This document shows positions 1 through 9,652 of a stretch of 26,658 nucleotides of DNA, in pieces (within the stretch, counting starts at the first letter, position 1; each line of letters begins with the position of its first letter). The stretch comes from a virus (Duplodnaviria; Caudoviricetes). The notes below the pieces were generated by a model that was given only the letters and a program-made list of their open reading frames with translations, was not told where the DNA came from and did not search any database. Made by a program: the position numbers and the translations under genes. The stretch covers positions 1-26,658 of the IMG/VR virus record IMGVR_UViG_3300025389_000101; one strand, 5' to 3'.

Positions 1-1915
1 CAATCTGACGACCAGCAACAAGAACTGTTGTTGAACCTGTGCCAGTAATAGATTGAATACTTGCCCAAATATAAGTTCTATCACTAGAAAGTTGTGGAGT
101 TCCAGTAATAAGAGTATTGCTTGCATCAAAATATTGACCATCTGGCGCTGCAAAACGAATTAAACTGCCAATTTGTAAGTATTGTCTGTTATTTGTAGTA
201 CCACCAGCAATTGGCTGTGGAGTTTTGGTTGTATCACCAATAGCTATAAAAAATCCTGTACTGCTTGTAGTATCATCAGTGTTGCGAGACCAATAAGATG
301 GTGAAAGATTAGTAAAATCCAATGCTGTCCAATTTTCAAAATAAAAATGGCGCATAGGATAGCCTTGGATAATTGGCAATATTTTATTATTAATTTCATT
401 TAAAATATCATTGCGACTGTTAAATGTAAAATCAAAACTGTTTGTATAAGTTGTTTTATAAAAAATACCGTCTCGACCATATAAATCTGTTGAAGTATAT
501 TTGCCAGTTGGATCAGTTATATCTAAACCACGACTTACGCCACTGGCAAAACGATTAACACTTTTTACTTTAACAATGTCACTATAGCTTGTATATGGAA
601 AAGTATTGTAATCTTCTCCATTAACCATACGATTTTGTGTATAATATGCTTGTGGAGCTTTTTGTTTAATTTCACTTGTTAAATCACGGCGTGATGAATT
701 TGAAACAGTGTATTGCAATGCTGTCGTAATAGTAAGAGTTTCTGTACGACCATTGCCACTAATATAAGGCACACTAATAGTAATATTGCTCATATCGCTT
801 GGAGCAATGCGATAGGTTAGACCATTACTAACTCGATAATACGCACGATAATTTCCTAAAGGAATGTCGCTAAAACTACCATCGCCAAATATAAGATCAA
901 TCTGATCATTGATACGAGTGCTTACGCTATAAAGAGTACGAATACCACGAGCAACACTGTTATAGATAGCGTTGCTGCCAGCGGTGCTTGCTACTTGGGT
1001 CCATTCAGTACCAATGGTTCCATTATTGATTTCATACATCCAAATATCGTTATTGTTAATATTTGCTGTATTAATATTAAACACACGGTTTGCAACCTTT
1101 TCAGTTATACTAAAATCAGTTGAGTTTAAAACTCCTTGCTTAAAGTAGATAAAGAATCCTGTATTATGAGATGCGTTACCACGACTATCGTTTTGATAAA
1201 CAATACCAAACTGCCCACGATTGCCTGGATCATATTCAGTGATTGTATCGCTAGTCAAAATATTTGCACTAATTGCTTCAAAAGCAGTTGAAGTGCCAGC
1301 TACTGTACTATTAAAAGAAAAAATAGGCAGAATAGTATTAGGAATAGCAAGATTATATTGCTCAGTACGAACATTATTAATAATTTTACTTGCATAAGGT
1401 TTGCCAATTTTTTGACTACTACTAATGGCCGCATTTAGTATTTGAGTAAATTGACTTGCCCAACTTGGATTGTTTGCATCATTCCAATTAACAGTGAGCC
1501 GACTTAAATTAGTGCCATTTACATCTTGAATATTTTCTGTAGTAGCAACACTTTTAAATTTTAAAAATCCACTTGCTGGTCGATTACGATTAGGAACATA
1601 GTTAAGCTGTTTTACTAGTTTCAGGACGCTATCACGGCGTTCTGCAGTTTCCAAGAAGTTTTCACGAGCATTAAGGTCTGTACGAAAAGCCACACTTTGT
1701 GCAGCAAAAGCAATAACATCAAGCAACGCAACATATTCACTACTTTCAATAAAGTCATTAAAATCTTCAGCATAGTAGGTCTTAATATAATCGACCATAA
1801 CTTTGCGTAGCGTTTCAAAGTCATAGCTTTGAAAGTCAGCATTGCTGAATGTTGTATATATTTTCTTCCAATCTTCAGCAGCAAAGATATTGGTTTGACG
1901 AGTTCCCACAGCCAT
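1..1915 (-). CDS. gp6: Baseplate wedge subunit, T4 gp6-like (truncated at window edge; absent from the ORF track)
   Basis: ATG at 1915 with SD AGAGG upstream. Manual translation: MAVGTRQTNIFAAEDWKKIYTTFSNADFQSYDFETLRKVMVDYIKTYYAEDFNDFIESSEYVALLDVIAFAAQSVAFRTDLNARENFLETAERRDSVLKLVKQLNYVP, matching the gp6 N-terminal pattern (DF..L...DFND..SS...LLD.....E.FL.TA..R.SV). Lies next to gp25. Confidence 0.88.
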   Translation of the reverse strand, partial: MAVGTRQTNIFAAEDWKKIYTTFSNADFQSYDFETLRKVMVDYIKTYYAEDFNDFIESSEYVALLDVIAFAAQSVAFRTDLNARENFLETAERRDSVLKLVKQLNYVPNRNRPASGFLKFKSVATTENIQDVNGTNLSRLTVNWNDANNPSWASQFTQILNAAISSSQKIGKPYASKIINNVRTEQYNLAIPNTILPIFSFNSTVAGTSTAFEAISANILTSDTITEYDPGNRGQFGIVYQNDSRGNASHNTGFFIYFKQGVLNSTDFSITEKVANRVFNINTANINNNDIWMYEINNGTIGTEWTQVASTAGSNAIYNSVARGIRTLYSVSTRINDQIDLIFGDGSFSDIPLGNYRAYYRVSNGLTYRIAPSDMSNITISVPYISGNGRTETLTITTALQYTVSNSSRRDLTSEIKQKAPQAYYTQNRMVNGEDYNTFPYTSYSDIVKVKSVNRFASGVSRGLDITDPTGKYTSTDLYGRDGIFYKTTYTNSFDFTFNSRNDILNEINNKILPIIQGYPMRHFYFENWTALDFTNLSPSYWSRNTDDTTSSTGFFIAIGDTTKTPQPIAGGTTNNRQYLQIGSLIRFAAPDGQYFDASNTLITGTPQLSSDRTYIWASIQSITGTGSTTVLVAGRQI

Positions 1916-1933
1916 TAAAAAATTACCTCTGAT

Positions 1934-1941
1934 TATTTATT
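1934..1941 (-). promoter_or_regulatory. Late promoter-like motif AATAAATA upstream of gp6
   Basis: Minus-strand AATAAATA, one mismatch from the T4 late consensus TATAAATA, 18 nt upstream of the ATG. A gp55 homolog is present in the window. Confidence 0.6.
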
Positions 1942-1961
1942 TTGCGAATAATATGCGACTA

Positions 1962-2348
1962 TTAAAGCACATATAATTTATTTGATTTGTTATCAAATAG
2001 CACACTTAGTGCTGCAACTTTGCTGTCTGTGGCAAATTGAAGTTGAAAATTTAATATTAATCCACGTCCATCAGGCGATTCTTGTACAAGTGTTTGACTT
2101 ACTACATTAAAACGTGGATCATATTTTATAATTCTATCAATATCTTTCTTAATTTCATTTTTTAATGCTGGCGTTAGAGGATCAAATAATTTATTCCAAA
2201 TTATTGATCCAATATTAGGATTCATCAACTTCTCACCTTTGCGTATTGAAAGATGATTTATTAAATCTTGAACAATGAGATCATTATCAGTGATCCCATA
2301 AGGTCCAAAATCTCGATTAACACTGCTATAACCTTTATATAATGCCAT
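1962..2348 (-). CDS. gp25: Baseplate wedge subunit gp25 (GPW/gp25 family)
   Basis: YKGYS...D.DLIVQDLINHLSIRKGEKLMNPNIGS.IW..LFDPL...I.YDPR fits the gp25 pattern. ATG at 2348 is preferred over the GTG at 2351. Confidence 0.9.
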   Translation of the reverse strand: MALYKGYSSVNRDFGPYGITDNDLIVQDLINHLSIRKGEKLMNPNIGSIIWNKLFDPLTPALKNEIKKDIDRIIKYDPRFNVVSQTLVQESPDGRGLILNFQLQFATDSKVAALSVLFDNKSNKLYVL

Positions 2349-2352
2349 CACA

Positions 2353-2358
2353 TATTTA
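2353..2358 (-). promoter_or_regulatory. TAAATA late promoter core immediately upstream of gp25
   Basis: Minus strand reads GGTAAATATGTGATG; the core is 4 nt before the ATG. Confidence 0.5.
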
Positions 2359-2360
2359 CC

Positions 2361-5300
2361 TTAACAACTCTTGCCAGCGCCGTTTGTTGCTGCTGTTCCT
2401 TGTGGAGTATTTTGTGCGCCGCCAGGTGCAGCCGATCCACTGCCTGCACTAGGTGCTGGTTTTTCAATTGGCAGATAAGATGAATCTGTTGGTTGTGTTT
2501 GAACGTTGTTTGGTTGTGCAGTGGTTGTACTTACAGGATCATTATACCCACCACTTAGTGTGCCTTCACCTTGTCGTGGATCACTATTGACATTGTAAGC
2601 ATCGGTGCCTTGATTTAAACCATTTGATGCAGTAGGTTGATCAGGGTTTACATAACCAGTAGCGGCATCAGGGCTAGTAATATTATTTGTAGGCTGTGGC
2701 ATTTGGTTTTTATAATCAGCACTCGTTGGCGTATATTGAATATCACGACTGCTGTTATAATCACTGTTAAACGCAGCATCTCGTTGTTCGCCAGTAATGC
2801 TGTTATCCACTGGCGCTTTATATTCAGTAACATTACTTAAGTAACTGCCGCTGCCACCTTCTGTTTGTGCAAGTGATGCTTGTATAGTTCCGCTATCATT
2901 GATTGATTTAATTCCACCGGCTCCTATCTCATTGAGAGACTCAGTAGTTTGACCACTAGCATATAATCCTTTTATGGTACTATCTGGAACAGTCACTGAT
3001 GCTCCTGTATCATCCTTTCCAACCCAACTATATGTGCCACTTGCAGCATCGTATGTTCGAGTTAAACCACCTACTTGGGCTGGTATATAAGGATCAGGTC
3101 GCATTAATCCACTGCTATTGCTAGTATTATCTGCAGGTAACGGGTTTGATGGATAGCTTGACGCATAATACGCATTATTTGAAGCTTCAATATGTGCAGT
3201 TGTAGTGCCTGTAGCATCGCCAGGCAATCTATCTCCACTACTGCCACTAACTGTTATACTTGTATCTTGCGCCTGCGATCCGCTTCCATAATTGTAAATT
3301 GAACGATCAGTTGGATTAGATACTGTAGCTACATTTGTTGTGCTTGTGTTGTTTGTTCCGCCGCCTGCAATATCGCCTGGATTAGATGCTGTTGGAACAA
3401 TATTGCTATTTGATTTAGTAATATCACGAGCAGCAGTTGTATCGCTATCTGTAGTGTTTAGGTCTGCAGGTCTTGGTGTTGGTAACGGAACATTGTCAGG
3501 TGCTGGCGTAGTTGTTGGCGAACCTGGCAATTGCACACCGTTAGAATCATAACCATTGGCTGCACTCTTGGCAACATAGAATTTGCTTGCTGCTTCATTT
3601 CCGTTACCATCATATATCACACGCGGACCGCATGATTTGCCACTGTATTGATCTTGTACTACAATACCATCACGATTGCCATTTGCATCATAGTGATAAT
3701 CAAGAAAAGCTGCAGTGTGACTTGAACCGCTTACGCCGCCGCTGCCTGGTGGTGCATAAGCAGGATTACCATTAGCATCTGTATAATTGAATGTTGTAAT
3801 GATAGTGCCTGGCGGTGGTTTAGTATCAAAAACATTTGCGCCTTGCTGGATACTACTCATAGTTCCAAAGTTAGGAATGTTGCTTTGTGCTAGAGCGGCG
3901 CACTGTCCATTGCCAAACACTTGACCATTAAGCTGCGAAAATACACCTGTATTTTGTGAAATTGCAGAACCAGCAGTGCTGCTGCTGCCATTAACAACTG
4001 TATTAATAGTATTGCCAACTGCGCTGCCAACATTATAACTTACAGTTCCTACAATGTTGTTAATAACACTGTTAAGAATTTTTGTTCCAATAGCTTGTAG
4101 CGGACTGCTGCCGTTATTTGATACACTGGTATTTTTAGCTGGATTTACAAATCCACTATATTGATTGCCACCATTGCTATTTTGCCATGGTTGTGAAACT
4201 GGTTGTGCTTTCGCAGCAAATGTTGCAGTATCAATTCCAAGGCTTAGCGCACAACCACTTAATACTTGATCGTAAGTATAAATGATACGTTTTTGTAGAT
4301 AATTTATAACTGTGCTTGCCCAACCAATTCGTGTTGTTGGGTCTTTCAAATTAACAAAATCAGTTGGATTTATTCCAATACTATTTTGTATAAATCTAGC
4401 CATAGAAACAACGTTATTTTCAGTTGGACTGCTTGCTTGTAAGTATTTTTGAACTAAACTTATGCAAGTAATATTGCTGCCATTAATATAGCTATCAAAT
4501 AATACCATAAGAGCAGCAATGCCATTTTCTGGTTTTGTATAAACTGCAAGATGATTAGCAAAACCAACTGCAAATTTATCACTTGGATCATATTGCAAAT
4601 TACCAGGATTGTTTTGTGATTCGCCTACGCTATATTGAATAGTAGTATTTTTGGTGTTACCTGCATTGTTTGGAGTGAATGAAGCGCCAGTTCCATAAGT
4701 TATATTTTTTATTAAACTTTGAACAGCAAAACTTAAACCACTTGAAATATAACCTTCAGGACTATAACTACCAAATACTGAACTTTGACCGCTAAAGCTG
4801 CCTTGTGGGCCACTATTATAAACAGTAGGTGGTATATTATTTGTCATTGGTCCATAAGATTGTTGCACAGTACCACTGCCATAATTTGATGTTGCGCCAT
4901 ACTTTCCAGCAGCGCCAGCAGGTTGATGCTGTTGTGCGCCATAAGTTGGTTGAGCTTGTGGATTGGCTGCACTTTGGTGACCTGTCCATGCTTCTTTAGT
5001 TGGCATACTACTTGGAGTTTGTGCGCCACTTGCTTCCATAGCTTTTGTAGCATCAGCAGTATTGATTGTATGACAAGCACCTTTTAAATCAATGTGACCA
5101 TCTGCTTTAATCTGAATACAGCTATCGCCTGTAAGATAGGTATTCATGCCTTTCAAGTGCAATGCTTGTTTGCCTGTAAGCTTAGTACTGCCACTGCCAA
5201 GAATATTAATATCTTTTGCTTCAATATTCAAGCCAGCATCACTCTTAATATCTACAGTACCACCATGAAGTTTAAGCGAACCTTTAGTTTCTAAATTAAT

Positions 5301-6242
5301 TTCACTTTGTGCAAATACATTTACCTTGCTGCCACTATAGACATTTATATCACCTTGAGAATTAATTTCTACCCAAGATGTGCCTTTACTATTGATAACA
5401 TAGATAAAATCTTTTGTATCATTCATCATAATCATATGACCACCAGCACTACGCAAGCGCACCATTTGATTTTTGCCTTTGCTATCGCCATCATCCATAA
5501 TGAATGTATGACCGCCTTTGCGTCCTTTTACACCAAAACTATCATATGGTGCATTAAGTGGATCACTAAAAACTTGTGGATCACTTGGATCAAGCGGCTG
5601 ACCTGGTGTAGAGATACCAAATACTGCACTTGGTGTTTCACGAAATGCACTGCTAGTACCTGGCCCACGGTCAGGGTCTTGAAGCAATCCTTGCGTCTCC
5701 CATATTTTTTCTTGTATAGAATGTGATTGTTTTTTTAATGTTGTAAATTGTGATAATTTATTACCAGGCGTTTCATCAGAATAATAATCTACGACAGGAT
5801 TAGGCGAAGAGCCATCTACTGGCGCACTTATACCTGGCACCATATGCATATTTGGCCACTCAGGAATACAAGCAAACCAATAACCACGTGCAGGATCGCC
5901 ATTAACAAATGTACATAGCACTTTTACACCAATGTCAGGTGGCACAAACCACATCCCATAGCTATGCGGCGCACCTTCATACCCACTGTTATCACGATGA
6001 TTAGTTACACCATAAAATGGCGTACTATAATTAACCGTGCGCCAAGCATTATCATCATTTGGGTTGCCGCCTAATTCAGGAATCCACACTTGTAAGCGCC
6101 CACTGCGCAGCGGATCAGTATTTGCTTTTACGATTCCAACAAAAGGTCCGCCATTAATACGCACACCATCTGCTTGTTCATGTGCGCTCCATTTTGGAGT
6201 TTTTCTAAACTGTGTTGATCCTAAATCGTTAATACTTGGCAT
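2361..6242 (-). CDS. gp5: Baseplate central spike, gp5/VgrG-like, with C-terminal lysozyme-like and Cys-His amidase domains
   Basis: The N-terminus has the Gp5 OB-fold pattern (GIVKANTDPLRSGRLQVWIPEL...YGMWFVPPDIGVKVLCTFVNGD), followed by GHTFIMDD/RLRSAGGHMIMMND and beta-helix-like repeats. An NNPGNL motif lies at about aa 544 and GQCAAL...PGTIITTF...HTAAFL...DQY at about aa 780-865. SD AAGGA. Confidence 0.82.
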   Translation of the reverse strand: MPSINDLGSTQFRKTPKWSAHEQADGVRINGGPFVGIVKANTDPLRSGRLQVWIPELGGNPNDDNAWRTVNYSTPFYGVTNHRDNSGYEGAPHSYGMWFVPPDIGVKVLCTFVNGDPARGYWFACIPEWPNMHMVPGISAPVDGSSPNPVVDYYSDETPGNKLSQFTTLKKQSHSIQEKIWETQGLLQDPDRGPGTSSAFRETPSAVFGISTPGQPLDPSDPQVFSDPLNAPYDSFGVKGRKGGHTFIMDDGDSKGKNQMVRLRSAGGHMIMMNDTKDFIYVINSKGTSWVEINSQGDINVYSGSKVNVFAQSEINLETKGSLKLHGGTVDIKSDAGLNIEAKDINILGSGSTKLTGKQALHLKGMNTYLTGDSCIQIKADGHIDLKGACHTINTADATKAMEASGAQTPSSMPTKEAWTGHQSAANPQAQPTYGAQQHQPAGAAGKYGATSNYGSGTVQQSYGPMTNNIPPTVYNSGPQGSFSGQSSVFGSYSPEGYISSGLSFAVQSLIKNITYGTGASFTPNNAGNTKNTTIQYSVGESQNNPGNLQYDPSDKFAVGFANHLAVYTKPENGIAALMVLFDSYINGSNITCISLVQKYLQASSPTENNVVSMARFIQNSIGINPTDFVNLKDPTTRIGWASTVINYLQKRIIYTYDQVLSGCALSLGIDTATFAAKAQPVSQPWQNSNGGNQYSGFVNPAKNTSVSNNGSSPLQAIGTKILNSVINNIVGTVSYNVGSAVGNTINTVVNGSSSTAGSAISQNTGVFSQLNGQVFGNGQCAALAQSNIPNFGTMSSIQQGANVFDTKPPPGTIITTFNYTDANGNPAYAPPGSGGVSGSSHTAAFLDYHYDANGNRDGIVVQDQYSGKSCGPRVIYDGNGNEAASKFYVAKSAANGYDSNGVQLPGSPTTTPAPDNVPLPTPRPADLNTTDSDTTAARDITKSNSNIVPTASNPGDIAGGGTNNTSTTNVATVSNPTDRSIYNYGSGSQAQDTSITVSGSSGDRLPGDATGTTTAHIEASNNAYYASSYPSNPLPADNTSNSSGLMRPDPYIPAQVGGLTRTYDAASGTYSWVGKDDTGASVTVPDSTIKGLYASGQTTESLNEIGAGGIKSINDSGTIQASLAQTEGGSGSYLSNVTEYKAPVDNSITGEQRDAAFNSDYNSSRDIQYTPTSADYKNQMPQPTNNITSPDAATGYVNPDQPTASNGLNQGTDAYNVNSDPRQGEGTLSGGYNDPVSTTTAQPNNVQTQPTDSSYLPIEKPAPSAGSGSAAPGGAQNTPQGTAATNGAGKSC

Positions 6243-6264
6243 TCTTATTCCTTAATTTTTACAG

Positions 6265-9200
6265 TTAGTCAGCACCAGGCACACCAAAATCTTCATTAAA
6301 AGTTGGAACTCTTGAAGTTACATTTGGAATGACTGCTGCTCCTGTTAAATCATTAAAAGCTTCAGGAGCAGCCGCAGTTGGCGGTGGTGGAGCAGTTGGT
6401 ACTTTATTGTTTGTAAGTGTAACTTTAGAATCAGCAGCTTCTGCTCTAGCAGCATGTGAAGTGATAGAATTGCTTGTAGATATTTTTTGTTTGCCTACGG
6501 TTTCGCTTCTACTATCGCCGCTACTAGGATCATCTTGATTGGGTACTCGAACATTATCTAATTTCTGTGTAAATTTTCCACCACTAAAATTGCTTATAAC
6601 TCGTACTACTTGATATGTTCCACTAAACTGGCTATAAGCTCCATCGGATTGAAATATCCCACTTATGTCATCATAATCATGCGTAGGCGCTTGAAAAAAG
6701 AAATTAAAGTAAGCAGGTTTTAAAAAGTTGATACTACCGCCATTTATATATGGATCAAAACCACCAATTAGCGGCCCATATAATATAGTATCTTGTGCTA
6801 TCCAATCTGGATCACCTACTATTTCTATATTAAGTTGTACCATATCACCACTTGTATCAAAGTTACGTTCCATAACATTTTGAATAGCAATAGTTGCTTC
6901 ATCTAATCCTGTAGGCGCACTATTTTGACGATTTGCTATTCCATTAACATAATGTTTGCGACGTTTAAAAAAACGTTGATCTTGCGAACTATCATATTGT
7001 GCTTGTTGCCCACTTGAATTAGTTATTTGTTGAGAACCTGGTGTATCTTTAGTAAGCTGAGCATGCGATGATGTGCCATTTATAATTTCAAAGAATGCCA
7101 TTTGATAATTAATTTCAACATTTAACACATCTTTATTATTTCCGCTATACAGATAATCATAGCTTTTTACTATTTCATTCTTATCAACTTTAGCTTGACC
7201 AAAATTTTGACTATCTTGACCTTTTAAATCATACGGTGTTACATAATAAGCAATATCCATTGCCCAGAAATTACGACTTGTATCCCACTGTCTATATTTT
7301 ACAACAGGATTAATTTTCCACAAACTAAGTGGTGTATTTGCTTTATCACCTGGATTATACTGTTTCAACATATAACTGCTAACAGTGATAACACTACTAA
7401 TAAAGTCAGTTATCTTTGTACCAGCTTGTGCATTGAATTTGCCATTTTTAAGTTCTAATGCTAACGCACCTGTTTTTCCATCAAGCGCATTTTGTAAATT
7501 TTTTGGATCAGTAGAACCAGTTGATTGTGTTGAAAATTTATCAGGATCAAATAGCGTAGCTGTGCCTATTTTATCATCAAAAACAAATTTATAATTATTT
7601 GGCAATAACTGCCCACTATTGTCTTTTAAACACTTATCTGCTTCATTTTTGTTTAACGCATCAGTTAAATGTTTAATTACAGTAGAACTTGCATTTGTTG
7701 TGGTAGTTGCATTTAATCCAGTTACGCTTGCGCTTTGAATTTGCGAGGTTGAATCGCCTCGTGCTTGCAGTACATCACTGTTGCTGCGTGATTTATAAAC
7801 TGCAGTTTCTGCACTAAACAAATCATTAATCGTGCTAGCTTGTATCTCAACATGAAATGGTATTTGATTATCAAGCACTGTGCTTGCCATACTATTTGTA
7901 GGAATAACCTCACAACTATAAACTGCGCCACTGCTTGTTATTTTAAATTTCATATTTAAAAAAGTAAATGGTATATATTTTGTAGTTTTTTCTATAGGTT
8001 TAGGTTGTCCTAAATCATCATATCCTAAAAATTCAATCTTCATAACAAAAAAAGAAGCACTCCAATCAGCACCAGGATCAAGTGCCAATGCCATTTGTTG
8101 TAGTTGGCCTAAAAATTTAACCGTATATGGCTCAATAATATCAAATTTAATGCGTATTACATCAGTTCCACGTGTTTTTTGATCGTTGCTAATAACAGTT
8201 TCAATTTCAACATTGTCAATTGTTAAATCATTTGGAAAAAAATTTCTGCTTGCAGTATTTCCGCCATATCCACCATCACTCAGTACAAAATAGCTGCCAG
8301 CAAGAATTGCTTCTTCATTGCCAGGACTTATACTGCCATCATACATTTGATTAATAGTTGTATAAGGAACGCCGTAAAGCGATATTTTATATGTCCAATT
8401 AACATAACTATGCAGTTTATTATCAGGTGCTGCTACAAAATTTGTTGTGCCGCTGTTGCCAGCACTGCTGCTTGCATCACTTCCGCCACTAGCAGGCCCA
8501 CTTGATAAGGTAGCCGCAGTGCTTGACATAGTATCTTCGCCAGGTTTTGTTTTAGTTCCTGTTCCACTGCCCAAATTAGTTTGGTCGCTAAATCTAATTG
8601 AACTAGTAACACTAGGCGTAGCTGCGGATGAATTATCTTCTGTCACTCCATTTGTTGCTGCATTAATAGTTTGATTTGAAACTAATTCAACGCCATTTGT
8701 TTGATTTAAAGTTGCTGTTTGTGCAGCTTGAATAGCATTGGCATTATCTACGATTTGTTGTTGTGTCAGCGGAACATTTGCGCCATCGCCGCTGTTTTGT
8801 GCTGTGTTATTAGGATTACCAGCAGCGATTGCTTGTTGTTGAGCTATAGCATTTGCCTGATCTATTGCAGTTTGTTGAGAAGTTGCAGCAGTTGTAGCTT
8901 CAGTTACTGAAGAGGTTGCTTCTTGTTTTGCAACCTGTGCGCCATAGGCTTGTGTTAGAGCAGCATCAAATGCATTGCCTTGATTTGTATTTGGCGAAGA
9001 ATTAATTGCATCTGTATATTGTTGTGCAGTAAGATTTGTTTGTGGTATTGTAACTTGTTGGCCTGTTCCATAACCAGTATTGTTGCTTACAAGAGAATAA
9101 GAACCTAAATCTTCTGGCAATGCAAAAGTAATATCAAAAGAATCAGCGGGCTTACCATTTGGAACAGCAAGTTCTAATGCAGGATAATTTCCACTGTTTA

Positions 9201-9333
9201 AAATATCATATGCTTTTTGTGAATATTGCGTACCAAGCATTGGGCCGCCTGTTGCAAGTTGTTGCTTATACCATGTTTGTAACTGATTACTAGCTGCACT
9301 TAATTGTTCTTGCGGACTTAAAGTAGTTGGCAT
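6265..9333 (-). CDS. Baseplate hub / tail protein (gp27- or late-control-D-like) with a low-complexity N-terminal extension
   Basis: 1022 aa, directly upstream of the gp5-like gene. The C-terminus LNIEIVGDPDWI...FSGTYQVVRVISNFSGGKFTQKL resembles hub proteins. The first ~300 aa are A/T/S/Q/N-rich. Confidence 0.6.
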   Translation of the reverse strand: MPTTLSPQEQLSAASNQLQTWYKQQLATGGPMLGTQYSQKAYDILNSGNYPALELAVPNGKPADSFDITFALPEDLGSYSLVSNNTGYGTGQQVTIPQTNLTAQQYTDAINSSPNTNQGNAFDAALTQAYGAQVAKQEATSSVTEATTAATSQQTAIDQANAIAQQQAIAAGNPNNTAQNSGDGANVPLTQQQIVDNANAIQAAQTATLNQTNGVELVSNQTINAATNGVTEDNSSAATPSVTSSIRFSDQTNLGSGTGTKTKPGEDTMSSTAATLSSGPASGGSDASSSAGNSGTTNFVAAPDNKLHSYVNWTYKISLYGVPYTTINQMYDGSISPGNEEAILAGSYFVLSDGGYGGNTASRNFFPNDLTIDNVEIETVISNDQKTRGTDVIRIKFDIIEPYTVKFLGQLQQMALALDPGADWSASFFVMKIEFLGYDDLGQPKPIEKTTKYIPFTFLNMKFKITSSGAVYSCEVIPTNSMASTVLDNQIPFHVEIQASTINDLFSAETAVYKSRSNSDVLQARGDSTSQIQSASVTGLNATTTTNASSTVIKHLTDALNKNEADKCLKDNSGQLLPNNYKFVFDDKIGTATLFDPDKFSTQSTGSTDPKNLQNALDGKTGALALELKNGKFNAQAGTKITDFISSVITVSSYMLKQYNPGDKANTPLSLWKINPVVKYRQWDTSRNFWAMDIAYYVTPYDLKGQDSQNFGQAKVDKNEIVKSYDYLYSGNNKDVLNVEINYQMAFFEIINGTSSHAQLTKDTPGSQQITNSSGQQAQYDSSQDQRFFKRRKHYVNGIANRQNSAPTGLDEATIAIQNVMERNFDTSGDMVQLNIEIVGDPDWIAQDTILYGPLIGGFDPYINGGSINFLKPAYFNFFFQAPTHDYDDISGIFQSDGAYSQFSGTYQVVRVISNFSGGKFTQKLDNVRVPNQDDPSSGDSRSETVGKQKISTSNSITSHAARAEAADSKVTLTNNKVPTAPPPPTAAAPEAFNDLTGAAVIPNVTSRVPTFNEDFGVPGAD

Positions 9334-9334
9334 A

Positions 9335-9652
9335 TTACGTTCCTAACGCAGTCTGCAGCGTACCTTTTTTTGGCAAATATATAAGAGTTCCACTTGTAAA
9401 GTCCCATAGCGGGTCAATCAGCGTATTAGGGTTTCTGGCAGCAAATACCCACCAAAGGCGACTATCACCATATAAATCATGTGCAAATAAATCAGGACGA
9501 AGATTATAATTTACAGGAATTCCTGTCAAAATATCGTCTGGAAGTTTTGGAATAGAACGAAAATTAAGCAAATCAAGAAATTTGCCATTTTCAAAAAAAG
9601 GTGTGCTATAATAAGGACTTGCCTGACTATATGAAATAGGAGTCGTTGCCAT
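9335..9652 (-). CDS. Baseplate wedge protein, gp53/LysM-like
   Basis: YNLRPDLFAHDLYGDSRLWWVFAARNP motif. The ATG at 9652 overlaps the upstream stop (TAATG coupling). Confidence 0.78.
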   Translation of the reverse strand: MATTPISYSQASPYYSTPFFENGKFLDLLNFRSIPKLPDDILTGIPVNYNLRPDLFAHDLYGDSRLWWVFAARNPNTLIDPLWDFTSGTLIYLPKKGTLQTALGT

